This document shows positions 1 to 13,044 of a stretch of 64,000 nt of DNA, piece by piece. Both the position numbers and the translations under genes were made by a program. The stretch lies in assembly GCA_002269645.1 (NCBI GenBank), contig NIVC01002165.1, forward strand, positions 124,001 to 188,000. Direction: 5' to 3'. The DNA comes from Macrostomum lignano. Taxonomy: Eukaryota. The notes under the pieces were generated by a model. The model made no database searches. It was not told the DNA's origin and was given only the letters and a program-made list of their open reading frames with translations. The number at the start of each line of letters is the position of its first letter. The stretch's first letter is position 1.

Positions 1-1262
1 GTCGCTACCCCCTGTTCCTGTGAGCAGTGAGTGTCGCTACCCCCTATTCCTGTGAGCAGTTTGTGCCGCAACCCCCTGTTCCTGTGAGCAGTGAGTGTCG
101 CTACCCCCTGTTCCTGTGAGCAGTGAGTGTCGCTACCCCCTGTTCCTGTGAGCAGTGAGTGTCGCTACCCCCTATTCCTGTGAGCAGTGAGTGTCGCTAC
201 CCCCTGTTCCTGTGAGCAGTGAGTGTCGCTACCCCCTGTTCCTGTGAGCAGTGAGTGTCGCTACCCCCTATTCCTGTGAGCAGTTAGTGCCGCAACCCCC
301 CTGTTCCTGTGAGCAGTGAGTGTCGCTACCCCCTATTCCTGTGAGCAGTGAGTGTCGCTACCCCCTGTTCCTGTGAGCAGTGAGTGCCGCAACCCCCTGT
401 TTCTGTGAGCAGTGAGTGCCGCAACCCCCTGTTCCTGTGAGCAGTGAGTGTCGCTACCCCCTGTTCCTGTGAGCAGTGAGTGTCGCTACCCCCTGTTCCT
501 GTGAGCAGTGAGTGTCGCTACCCCCTGTTCCTGTGAGCAGTGAGTGTCGCTACCCCCTATTCCTGTGAGCAGTTAGTGCCGCAACCCCCCTGTTCCTGTG
601 AGCAGTGAGTGTCGCTACCCCCTATTCCTGTGAGCAGTGAGTGTCGCTACCCCCTGTTCCTGTGAGCAGTGAGTGCCGCAACCCCCTGTTTCTGTGAGCA
701 GTGAGTGCCGCAACCCCCTGTTCCTGTGAGCAGTGACTGCCGCAACCCCCTATTCCTGTGAGCAGTGAGTGTCGCTACCCCCTGTTCCTGTGAGCAGTGA
801 GTGTCGCTACCCCCTGTTCCTGTGAGCAGTGACTGCCGCAACCCCCTGTTCCTGTGAGCAGCGACTGCCGCAACCCCCTATTCCTGTGAGTAGTGAGTGT
901 CGCTACCCCCTATTCCTGTGAGCAGTGAGTGTCGCTACCCCCTGTTCCTGTGAGCAGTGAGTGTCGCTACCCCCTATTCCTGTGAGCAGTTTGTGCCGCA
1001 ACCCCCTGTTCCTGTGAGCAGTGACTGCCGCAACCCCCTGTTCCTGTGAGCAGTGACTGCCGCAACCCCCTGTTCCTGTGAGCAGTGAGTGTCGCTACCT
1101 CCTGTTCCTGTGAGCAGTGAGTGCCGCAACCCCCTGTTCCTGTGAGCAGTGACTGCCGCAACCCCCTGTTCCTGTGAGCAGTGAGTGTCGCTACCCCCTG
1201 TTCCTGTGAGCAGTGAGTGCCGCAACCCCCTGTTCCTGTGAGCAGTGACTGCCGCAACCCCA
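1..1262. repeat. 32-bp minisatellite (GTCGCTACCCCCTGTTCCTGTGAGCAGTGAGT and variants), ~39 copies, cut by the window start
   Basis: Direct tandem periodicity; the ORFs over it repeat every 32 aa. Lies downstream of the 2760 donor, so probably in intron 1 of the - strand gene. Confidence 0.97.
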
Positions 1263-2585
1263 AGGTCCTTCAGTGGACTTGGACACCCCCTCTACTTCTT
1301 ATTTTCTCAGTAGGCTCCGCTGCAAGCAAACCGAGTTACGGAGATCTGCTCATATCGACAAAGATAATTAGCAGTCTGTTTAGAATTTATCATATGCGAG
1401 CGCTGAATGTTGATCCACAGGATTTTCTTAATTTGCCGGACTCAGGGACTAACAAGCACACCGGGAGTCGTCCCGGATACCGCGGATCCTTCGCAGCTGC
1501 TGCACCTCCGAAATGTCGCGCTCGCTAGGGGGCTTCGTCAAAGCCCGGTCCTTCACCCCGCGATCCACAGGGGGTCCCCGACCCCGGCCCCTACCTAGCA
1601 CGGCGGGCGGAACACCTGCAAAGTTTTGCTCCGCCTAACGAGGCGTAATTATTTTTTCGGCCGCGTACGGCCCGACCCGGCCAGTGGGTATCCGAGAAGC
1701 TTCGGCGGCGCCTTAGCGACTAATTGTTTCTTAACAGCGACTCAGCGAGTACAGAAAGTGGCTGCTCCCCTCCGCCCCACTTCAGCGGGCTGGCGGGCTT
1801 CGGGGCAAGTGGGAGAGAATAACGAAACGAAAGGTGAAGACGGGCCTCCGCCAATCTACCTTCGTGTTTCCCCTTCCTAGGGGTCGGCCCCTCCATCCCC
1901 TCTCCGGAGCCCCCCCCCCATTCCCGCACCCGCATCTGCCCAACAACGCGAGCGGGGAGTCCGCGAGGTCCCCGATTCTCCCGCGCCACGCAGCTTCCCC
2001 GCTTCTTCTTCATCCCCTCTCCCCACGCGACTGGCGGCCCCGCCCCCCTCAGGCCCAAATTCTCCTATCAATTATCCATCATTTCCTGGGGCTCCTGCCT
2101 GCTTGAGTTGGGGCTGGGGTGCAATATTCCCCAACTCCACTTCGGGGATGCCCAATTTCGAGTTGGAGAAATTCTTCCCAACTAAGCATGCCTCATCAGG
2201 CTGAGCTCAACAGATGAGGACGCGGCGCCCATCTTTCACCTGGCGCGAACAAATTCCAGCTTCCGCCGTGGCGGTGAGCAGACAGAACAGCCGATTGCTT
2301 CTCCCACGAAGGGAGTCGTTCTCTGGGTCCCAATTCATACAGAGTCCCTTCTATGCCGGCGCAGGGATCCCCAGATTGGGAAGGTGGCCCATCGATTTCC
2401 TGAGCGCTATTTTTCTTTCCGAACTCGCGAATTCCGACCGGCACAGCAGGCGGTTGATAATTTTTATATTTTATTGGCTTCTATCGATTCGTGGGGTTGA
2501 AGGGATACTTTGCCGGCTCACGGGATGCTGCACCCCGTGAGTTGAGCATAGTGAGCCTTCTCTGCCCTGCCTATCTGGCGTGTGC

Positions 2586-2723
<138 letters not shown>

Positions 2724-2760
2724 CTACTCTACCCCGATCTCCTTACAGTCAATGACTCAC

Positions 2761-2881
2761 CGAAGCCGAATGCGCACCGGTGCCGCCCTCAGCTGAAGCT
2801 GGCGATGACGGGTCAAAGTCGCTGCCGCCGCCACCCCCGGGGCTGCCAGTTGGCATGCAGGGCTGGCGCAGCATCTGGCTG

Positions 2882-2923
<42 letters not shown>

Positions 2924-3204
2924 AGCAACATCTGATGAGGCGGGGCGCCGTAGGTGGCTGCTGCGGCCGCGGACTCTGCAGCGTAGAGATGATCGTAGCG
3001 ACCAGGAGCGGCGGCGTGCTGCGGCAGGTAGCCGCCCAGCCTGACGGCGTCCTGCATGCCAGCCGCCGCTGCCGCTGCTGCCGCCGCCGCGGCCGCCTGC
3101 TGCTGAATATGATGGCCGTGATGGCTGTGACTGTGGTGATGATGGTGCAAGTAGGCCTGAGCCGCCTCCCTGCAGTGCTGCTGCGACTGCAGCTCCGTTG
3201 CCAT
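2761..3204 (-). CDS. First coding exon (148 codons) of a low-complexity His/Ala/Gln-rich protein, probably a developmental transcription factor; family not identifiable
   Basis: ATG at 3204; MATELQSQQH...HHHHHSHSHHGHH, poly-A and poly-Q tracts; consensus donor TCG|GTGAGT at 2760, phase 0. No DNA-binding domain in the window, so exon 2 presumably lies before position 1. Confidence 0.7.
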
Positions 3205-3869
3205 GGAGTCTCTAGGGTGTGTTGATTATGGATTGATTTTTAACCGATATCGCGAGCTGTTCACTAAAACCTGAGCCCCGTTGGAGTGTCTTTTCTAGCC
3301 TCTCGTGTCCTCTTCAGAGAATTGTGCCTTGACAATGCCTCTATTGTGCTGTAGCCTGGCGGGGGTGTCGGTGCAGCTTGGGAAATAAGCAGAGAAGGAA
3401 GGGGCTTGAAGAAGGAGGAAGCCAGTCCTATCTATGGGGTCTGGGAATTCGGGATAAGGAATGAGGCTCGGGCAAGTGCTGAGGCAACTGGGGCTTTGAG
3501 CAGCCGATTCGCCAATCTGCAGCCCAGCCAATGCCAGCCAGTCTGAGTTTAGGGGTTGGAGAAGAGTTGGGCCTGTGAGTTCCCCGAGCCTTCCCCGAGC
3601 TCTGTGAGCTGGTTGGCTTGGAGCTGGGGGTGCGGCCGCCGCCACGGAAGAGCTTTCGAATCTTCGGCTCGAGTTTTCCATTTTTTAATATTAGTTTCAT
3701 TAATGGTCTCTAAAACTCGAGTAGTTTCGCATAGGGAATGGGGATGTTAAACATTCCATGCCTTCTTCTACCATTGCATTATGCATGTGCCCTCATATCA
3801 GATGCTCATGTCCTCACCACATAATCGCTAATATACCTATTCAATAAATATAAAATTCTGTTCTCAATT

Positions 3870-4501
3870 CTCAAACTTTCCCATCCTCAAACTGTCCCAT
3901 CTCCAAACTGTCCCATCCTCAAACTGTCCCATCCTCAAACTGTCCCATCCTCAAACTGTCCCATCCTCAAACTGTCCCATCCTCAAACTGTCCCATCCTC
4001 AAACTGTCCCATCCTCAAACTGTCCCATCCTCAAACTGTCCCATCCTCAAACTGTCCCATCCTCAAACTGTCCCATCCTCAAACTGTCCCATCCTCAAAC
4101 TGTCCCATCCTCAAACTGTCCCATCCTCAAACTGTCCCATCCTCAAACTGTCCCATCCTCAAACTGTCCCATCCTCAAACTGTCCCATCCTCAAACTGTC
4201 CCATCCTCAAACTGTCCCATCCTCAAACTGTCCCATCCTCAAACTGTCCCATCCTCAAACTGTCCCATCCTCAAACTGTCCCATCCTCAAACTGCCCCAT
4301 CCTCAAACTGTCCCATCCTCAAACTGTCCCATCCTCAAACTGTCCCATCCTCAAACTGTCCCATCCTCAAACTATCCCATCCTCAAACTATCCCATCCTG
4401 GAACTGTCCGATCATCAAACTATCCCATCCTCAAACTGTCCCATCCTCAAACTGTCCCATCCTCAAACTGTCCCATCCTCAAACTGTCCCATCCTCAAAC
4501 T
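3870..4501. repeat. 16-bp minisatellite (CTCAAACTGTCCCATC), ~39 copies, highly homogeneous
   Basis: Direct tandem periodicity. Confidence 0.97.
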
Positions 4502-5652
4502 CTGCTAAAAAACTTCCAAAAGTGTTCAGCGGAGCAAGACAGACCGGGTTCGGGCACCCGCAGCAAGTGGTTAAACAAAGACATGCAAAGGGAAAAGTTT
4601 ATGCAGTTAAAAATATCCCACAAAACTAACTAATTTCGGTATAAGGAATCAACCACAAGGCACAGTATGAACGGGTCCTCATCAGTCACGCTCAGTTCAA
4701 GGCTCTGAATTCTTGCCATCCCCCCAGAGCAGCGGGGGCCGCCGCCCCCCCCCCCCCCGCTGGGAAGTTGAGCCACCCTCAATTCCCACCGGGCCGGCAC
4801 GAGTGCAAGGGGCAGCACCCATGACAGAAATCCTATATGCTCGTAGGAGTTCCAGCACGAGTGGGCCTAAATGCCCCGCGCATGGTTCCCCAAGGCACCG
4901 AGCCACCTGTGACATCTTCAACTGACTAAAACTCTTAAAGTTAAAGTTAGCTGTGAGTTGCACTGGGAAGACTCCAATCTGCTTTAGCTCAAACCCTTAA
5001 TGGCCCAAACAATCAGTAAGAATTCGTACAGACCCCATTCGAACATCTGTACAAAGCCACACAATGAGCAGTATAATGAAGGTCAAGTCGTCCAATCTTC
5101 TTTTCGAGTCCGGCCCAAATCACAAAAGTACAAAACATTCTTATGAAAGGAATTTGAAAGATTTGGACCCCCATTCTGTTGTGCCTGACTTGATAACACA
5201 TTCGATAGCAACCTTGAAGTGTACTAAATAATAAAGAAAATTTCCTGGTTGCACATGCCCATTTGTCTCTAAATTATGTTGCCCCCAAGCTGCTTTATAA
5301 TTTTTCTCAAGCAAATTATTTTTGACTGACAGGCGCTTAGTCCCGGCATAAGAAGATTCCCAACAGCGGTGTGAACCAGGCTGGAAATCTGGTGGAAAGC
5401 CGGCAGAGAGAGGAGGAGCTATGGAAATAGTAAAGTCCATAGGATCTCCTGCCTCTAGCCAAGTCCAGCACACCCATTGCCCCCGACTGTGCTCTGGTGA
5501 TCCGGGAGGACGCCAGGTGGAGAGAGCCAGTCTCTCTGTATAAGGATTTGTTGAAGCGCTAATCTCACCGCGCGTTGCTGCAGTGCCTTAATCCAATCCA
5601 ATAGTTACAATAGTTGAGTTTGATCGGCAAATAAGAAGCTGTGGTAAGAATC

Positions 5653-5921
5653 TGTGGCGCTGTCTGAGATCAGTGTGGCGCTGTCTGAGATCAGTGTGGC
5701 GCTGTCTGAGATCAGTGTGGCGCTGTCTGAGATCAGTGTGGCGCTGTCTGAGATCAGTGTGGCGCTGTCTGAGATCAGTGTGGCGCTGTCTGAGATCAGT
5801 GTGGCGCTGTCTGAGATCAGTGTGGCGCTGTCTGAGATCAGTGTGGCGCTGTCTGAGATCAGTGTGGCGCTGTCTGAGATCAGTGTGGCGCTGTCTGAGA
5901 TCAGTGTGGCGCTGTCTGAGA
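5653..5921. repeat. 21-bp minisatellite (TGTGGCGCTGTCTGAGATCAG), ~13 perfect copies
   Basis: Direct tandem periodicity (VALSEIS repeat ORF). Confidence 0.97.
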
Positions 5922-6886
5922 AGTGCCCTAACTGGAATCTGTGAGGCGCTGGTTATGATCAGGCCTCGATCACTCTAGGATTATCTTGAGTCCGTGTGAT
6001 TTCAATCCGCCAATGCAAATGCGGCATGCACTGCAGTACAGAAGCCGGCATCCAAAGAGCTGATCGATCATTGATCAGGCATTCAAATCTGATCGATTAG
6101 AAACCTTCAAGTCACATCCTTCTCCCTGAGAGGAATAGAAAAGAATCACTCCAGGATTGCAGAGCAGACGGCATTGGCAAGTCAATTGTTGTCAGCTGCA
6201 GCTGTCAGCCGGAGACTTGCCGGAAGTGCGGCCCTGAAGTTCAGTTCAACCAGGAAAATCTTTCTGGCAGCAGAGAGTAAAGAGGGGGGAGCGAGAGAGG
6301 ACAAGACAAGAGAGATAACGGAGACAGCAGAGGAGACAGCAGATGCGGAAAATCTTTCAAGTGTCGCACTGCGCTTGCCTCACAGGTCCGGGGCAGGCCA
6401 GGCTCGCAGTGGATAGAGAACGAGAGAGATGGAGAGCCCGCCAAACCTCTCGAGGCAAAGTTGAGGATGAGAATGTAAAAAATGGGCGACATTAAGAACT
6501 CCGCAGGTAAAAAAAACGTATTGCTTGGCGAGCAAGAAGAATGGAGATTGGGGGGAAAGGGGGAGAAAGCACTAGGCCGGGTTTCCTGGCTGGGAAGTGG
6601 AGCCCCGGCACTTCGGCCATTGAGGCAGCCGAACCGACCCAGAGTGCCGGCCACTTCCTGCGACTGCTCCGCCCGGCTCTCCTGACCGGGGGGGGGGATT
6701 ATTAAGGTGGGAATGCTATTAAGGTTGTAGACCCATTTTACAGCAAGTTTCACCAGTATGCTGGCCTGCTTTTGGTTTTATTGTGGGCGCAAAGTCATGC
6801 GTTGGATTTCATTGCCAAGCCCTTGAGTTCATTGATCTTTGCCGACCTCTGCTCTGTCTCCCTTCAATTCCGCTCTCTCCAGCTCC

Positions 6887-7458
6887 AGTCCCTCTCTCCC
6901 AGTCCCTCTTTCCGAGTCCCTCTTTCCGAGTCCCTCTTTCCGAGTCCCTCTTTCCGAGTCCCTCTTTCCGAGTCCCTCCTTCCCAGTCCCTCCTTCCCAG
7001 TCCCTCCTTCCCAGTCCCTCCATCCCAGTCCCTCTTTCCGAGTCCCTCCTTCCGAGTCCCTCCTTCCCAGTCCCTCCTTCCCAGTCCCTCTTTCCGAGTC
7101 CCTCCTTCCCAGTCCCTCCTTCCCAGTCCCTCCTTCCCAGTCCCTCCTTCCCAGTCCCTCCATCCCAGTCCCTCCATCCCAGTCCCTCCTTCCCAGTCCC
7201 TCCTTCCCAGTCCCTCCATCCCAGTCCCTCCATCCCAGTCCCTCCTTCCCAGTCCCTCCTTCCCAGTCCCTCCTTCCCAGTCCCTCCATCCCAGTCCCTC
7301 TTTCCGAGTCCCTCCTTCCCAGTCTCTCCTTCCCAGTCCCTCCTTCCCAGTCCCTCCATCCCAGTCCCTCTTTCCGAGTCCCTCCTTCCCAGTCCCTCTT
7401 TCCGAGTCCCTCCTTCCCAGTCCCTCCTTCCCAGTCCCTCTTTCCGAGTCCCTCCATC
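6887..7458. repeat. 14-bp pyrimidine-rich minisatellite (CCCAGTCCCTCCTT and variants)
   Basis: Direct tandem periodicity; explains six overlapping spurious ORFs. Confidence 0.95.
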
Positions 7459-8434
7459 CCTGCTTCGGTTCAGTGCTGACTGGCACCCGGAACTGCCAGC
7501 GGCCTGCCACTATAATTTCGATTTTCTATTGTTAAATTCGGAAAGCTTTGCCGCCAGCTGCGCCGGCTTAAGCCGGGCCAAGCCACAGGACAGTCGCCCA
7601 CTGCATGGAAACAGACCGAGCACGGCTCATTGGGGACGTACAGACGGTGTCCCAGGGGCGAAAATCCTTCGTGACCCCGGCAAGTCCCTTGGGGATCTGG
7701 CAGTGGAGGCAAGCGTATAGGAATGCGGAACTTTGCGAAGAAGGTGCGATAATTTTGGCTCCAAGCGGTTCAAGATGGCGCAAACCTGTTCTGTATGCTC
7801 AATGCCTATGAATATGAATATGACTTCCACTGTGACACCCCATTGCTAATAGGGAGTAACGATAAATTCCAGTTCAAACAAACAAACATTAAGGGGAGCG
7901 CGCGCAACGAATGAGGCACGCTCCTGACCCGCCCATACGGCTCACAGATAGACTAATATATTGCGCTACCAGCTGGCATCTGGGCTCCCTTCGACTTTTT
8001 TATTTGCATTTTGACATGCCGGCCGCCCAGCGCTGGGAGATCCCAAGGGACTCGGCTGTCAGGTGGTTGACTATTCTTGACGTCCCCAAGCAAGCAGTCA
8101 AATTCCTGGGGGAAATTTTCTATTTCTCTGTCAATCGCGGCCGGGAATCCTGGGATGCTGATTTTTTTTCTTAGAAATCTTCATCAACAGGCATGCGGGC
8201 CTCTTGAAAGACGACTGATTGATAAATCATTTTCGCTTGCAAATTAATTGAAAACCGTCTTAATCCTGGCTTTCGATTGTAAGAATTAGACCAATTTTGT
8301 TTAAGTACCGAATTCAATTATTCTGCCTTTGCTTTTAGAAGCATGGGGGCTCATTGTGCGACTTGATTCTTCCGAATCTGCTGTCCAAGCTCCTCGCTAA
8401 AAGGGGCTCTCTAAATTCCAGTTTTCATTGTCTG

Positions 8435-9315
8435 ATGACTGCAGTAATGACAGCAGAGATTGCAATGCATGACAGTAATGACTGCAGCGATTGCAATGCA
8501 TGACAGTAATGACTGCAGAGATTGCAATGCATGACAGTAATGACAGCAGCGATTGCAATGCATGACAGTAATGACAGCAACGATTGCAATGCATGACAGT
8601 AATGACAGCAGAGATTGCAATGCATGACAGTAATGACAACAGCGATTGCAATGCATGACAGTAATGACAGCAGAGATTGCAATGCATGACAGTAATGACA
8701 GCAGCGATTGCAATGCATGACAGTAATGACTGCAGAGATTGAAATGCATGACAGTAATGACAGCAGAGATTGCAATGCATGACAGTAATGACAGCAGCGA
8801 TTGCAATGCATGACAGTAATGACAGCAGCGATTGCAATGCATGACAGTAATGACAGCAGAGATTGCAATGCATGACAGTAATGACAGCAGTAATGACTGC
8901 AGAGATTGCAATGCATGACAGTAATGACAGCAGCGATTGCAATGCATGACAGTAATGACAACAGCGATTGCAATGCATGACAGTAATGACTGCAGCGATT
9001 GCAATGCATGACAGTAATGACAGCAGCGATTGCAATGCATGACAGTAATGACAGCAGAGATTGCAATGCATGACAGTAATGACAGCAGAGATTGCAATGC
9101 ATGACAGTAATGACAGCAGAGATTGCAATGCATGACAGTAATGACAGCAGAGATTGCAATGCATGACAGTAATGACAGCAGCGATTGCAATGCATGACAG
9201 TAATGACAGCAGAGATTGCAATGCATGACAGTAATGACAGCAGAGATTGCAATGCATGACAGTAATGACAGCAGAGATTGCAATGCATGACAGTAATGAC
9301 AGCAGCGATTGCAAT
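8435..9315. repeat. 31-bp minisatellite (GCAATGCATGACAGTAATGACAGCAGAGATT), ~28 copies
   Basis: Direct tandem periodicity. Confidence 0.96.
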
Positions 9316-9317
9316 AG

Positions 9318-9378
9318 AGTTAGGGTTAAGTTAAAGTTTAGGGTTAGGTTTAGGCTTTTTTAGGTTAGGGTTAGGGCA
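9318..9378 (+). repeat. Degenerate interstitial telomere-like tract (TTAGGG/TTTAGG)
   Basis: AGAGTTAGGGTTAAGTTAAAGTTTAGGGTTAGGTTTAGG...GGTTAGGGTTAGGG abutting the 31-bp array. Confidence 0.7.
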
Positions 9379-10275
9379 GGGCTATGCCAAAACTGACCCG
9401 GCTGTCCCATAAAAATTGATCGGCAAGGAAAAAAAGATACAGTGCGAGCATTTCTGCCGTCCAGATTGGTGCCTGATTGAGGCGAGTGGGTGACGGGGGC
9501 AACCGCTGGGCCCTCGTTGATGAAAATTGTGCCGAGATTCGCTCCCTGACGAGAGAGAAATGAAGAGGGGGGCAGTATGGATAACGGTGGAGGAGCCCCT
9601 CAGCCTCCAGCCTGGAGTGCCGGCATCATCACAGCTGGGAGACACACCAAGCTTTTGTTACATCCGGCCCGGCTCGATGGGATTAATGAAATTTCGCTGG
9701 CGGAGTGGCCTGGTCGGCGGCTTCTTTTGTCCTCTCGCCCCCCCCCCTCCCGTGTCCCCCCCGGTCTGCTGTCCCGATTGGGAAGAAATTACTTTTTTTC
9801 CCTGCTCAGCCTCATCTCCATCTCACTCGCTCAGCGGCCAAGATGAGATAATTTGCAAATGAATTCCCAGCGCCAGTTCTGCTTTTTTCCCCAGATGTGG
9901 CAGAGGGGCAGCTGCGGACCTCCCCAGTGTGTCTGGTGGACAGCGGCAACATCCCTGAGTATAACTGTGACAGTTTTTTCACATAGGTTTGTCAGTCCTG
10001 CAGAATGCGCGCTTAAAAGTGTTTCTCTTCTGGACGGCTGGCAAAAATTGGAGGCGGTCGGAGCTTTGCGTTGAGCTGTCAAATTTCACCTGGTTTTGCC
10101 ATTTTCTGCGGGTATATGCGATGCGGAAGCAGGCACAGATGCAGAGTCAGGAGGGTTACGGGCCACTGGCTGGGTGAGCACGGAAGTCGCTTGGTAAAAG
10201 GGCAGCTGGGCATCCATGCTGAGGCCATGCGATCGAAACTTATTGCTGAGGTAGATTATATTTGCAATAATGTAT

Positions 10276-10410
<135 letters not shown>

Positions 10411-10917
10411 AACAGGCAATTTTGAAGACAGTTTTGAAACAGGCAGCAGCAGAAGCAGCAGAATCTGCATTTTCACCGGGCTGTTGATAAAAAGCTCAAG
10501 CAGAAACAGTCAGACTCTGTCTTTCGTAGAATTTTTGCCGAACCAAGGATGCGAAGCGAAGCCCCCATGGCCTCTCAGTTCCGTCTCCTGGAAGCAGCAG
10601 CAGAGGCCGGGGAGCAGAGCCAAAAAAGAGACGCAGCGGGAGAGACTCAGCGGAATGATGAAGCGCAGAAGCTGGAAGCTCTCCCCCCCGCCGATCCGCC
10701 TGAATTCATCCTGGGCGGCCTTGGAGTGGCAGCCGCTCGGCACACGGCGGGTTTCCGCCTCGCTAATCGCCCTGTCGATCGGCCGCTTAGGGGGGGGGGG
10801 TCGGCGGCCGGGAGCTCCTCCGCGCAGGACCGGCGGGCCCGGCTCACTGCGCTTCTCAGCACAATGCCTTTTTACGGGCGCGGGGCGGATTTTTTGCCGA
10901 AAAAGCCGTTTGCTTCT

Positions 10918-10953
<36 letters not shown>

Positions 10954-11216
10954 TGAGTCCAAGAAGATTCCATTGTCAGAAGAAGCAGAAAAAACAACAG
11001 AATGCTTGGAGAGCGCATTTTTTAGCGTTACGCGCCCTGCTCATTGTTAAAGGAACATTTTTGAATGCCGAAATTCTAGTTCCAGCCAATGCTCTCCAGG
11101 CCTTCATATTCTCCACTGGAGCTCGAGTGTTAATGATGCGAACTCGTTGGATGCCATTGTGACTGATGATCGAACCACTGCAAGGCGGAGATGCAGGCGG
11201 CCTCGAGACCGCCGGC

Positions 11217-11220
<4 letters not shown>

Positions 11221-11262
<42 letters not shown>
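11221..11262. repeat. (CT)n microsatellite
   Basis: Pure dinucleotide run. Confidence 0.95.
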
Positions 11263-11266
<4 letters not shown>

Positions 11267-13044
11267 TTCTGACTGAGCCCAGAAGCCTCCGTTCCGATGG
11301 GCTCCACTTCCTGTTCTGTGGCTCGTGGCTCGCGGCGGGGGCCTCCGGAGCTGCCCTGCCGTGCCATTCACCTGGGAGGGTGGATGCGGGAGCGGGGAAT
11401 GGGGAGAACGCTTCAGGGAAGTAAAATAGAGAGGCGCGCTGGCCTCTCCAGCCAGAAAGAGGCCGGGCAGGCGACCGTCTGATGGGGCAGAGAGGCTGGC
11501 AAGGCAGAAGTGGGTGAGCGAGGCTGCAGCTTAAGCAGCGGGGGCTGGCTAGAAGTCCCCTTTCCGCTCCGCTCCCGGGGCCCGGCCGCTCTCCACGTGC
11601 GGTAAATGACTTGAAACCGGAACCCCCATCATCTAAGTGGCCCCCCATCTCCGCGCTCCCGTCCCCCCGGGGTCCCTGACCCCCCCTCCTCGGCAGTCCC
11701 GTGGCGGATGCTTTGGGGTCCGCGCGGCAGTCCCTTCCCCTGCAAAATTTTTTCTACCTTCAAGCTGAAATCTCCCTCGGCCTCTCCCGCTCCGACGCCC
11801 CGTTTCCTCTCTTGTCCTCCCGCGGCCTCTCCAATCTCCGCAGGGCACGGCAGTTTTGAGTCCTCCGCCGCTGCCACCGCCGTCCCCTCCCCGACCCCTG
11901 TGCGTGCGGTGCCAGGGCCTGGGCTCGGGTCTGGTGCGGTGGAGCCGCCCCGCCACCCCCTTCCTGTCGTGTTTTTCAGCCAGCTTCCTCACTTTAATTA
12001 ATTATCCCATTCACGTAACGGGACAGAGCAGAGGTTGGAGCGCGATGGAGGGTGGGACATCGCGCCGGTGCCCCTTCCTCACCCACGGGCTCCCGGGGTC
12101 TGAGCCTCATTTCCTGAGGCTTCTCGCAGCTTCCACTGTGCTGCTGCTGCTCCCTCCGGCTCTTCATCTCCCCCGGACCAGTTCTCACTCCCGGCTCAAA
12201 AATCCTTTTTCTCGACTCCTGACAAAAATTCTTCCCAAATCTTAGCCGGCGCTGCACTGAAGTTCGCTGCCGGCCTCCAGTCCAAGCCGCTATTATAATA
12301 ATAGCTGTCCTTGGCGGCGACAAGTTTCAATCAATATTTTTCAACGCAGCGGTTGTTTGTGGACAAGAATTTCTCGGGTGCGCTCTGTGCTCTCCCTCCC
12401 ACCCAGTCCGCGTTCGGGATTGAGGATATCGCGGAGGGGAAGTCGGGAGTCACCTTCTTGGGGGGGTGTATTATGAAACACTAATCGCCTTGCGATCTCC
12501 CCTGAGATTTCGGCTCTTTCCACTGGGAGGCTCAAGGAAGTGGGTGGGGGGGGGGGTTGGCAGAATCGAGGCCAGGCCGCGGCTCAATGGGTGGAGGGGA
12601 TTTTTCTCTTTTTTTAAATCCCCGCATTTGATCCGCAGCAAGCGAAGTCGGGGCAAATCCGCTTAAATGCCAGGCCGAGCCGAGAGCTGGGAAGGGGGTG
12701 GGGCAGGTGCTGCAGGGAGGCCAAGTGCCGCGAGTGCCGACTCTAAGAGCCGCCCCCCCGTCTCAACTCCCAGAGCGATTACCGATAGAGAGTGGGGTCG
12801 GCCCTTCAGCTGACAAAAGAAGACACACGAGACCCGGAGCTGGATAGCTTGCCAGCTTAAAGCTGCCTGCATGGCGGCCATCTCGACTTCTCCGGGTGGA
12901 ATTCGCTGCTGAGATAGATTATTTTTACCATCTCATCTTACGGGGCTGTTTAAACGGTGTTTTTAATACTGCATTTTCCAATGTTTTTGTGAGATTGTTT
13001 ATGATGGTGTGCTTGAGACCTTTGGATTTTGGCAAGCCTTTTTC

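Noticed and set aside
10484-12881. GC-rich ORFs with CAG/CT runs in the intergenic spacer
   Set aside because: Overlapping on both strands, no domains and no consistent splice chain.
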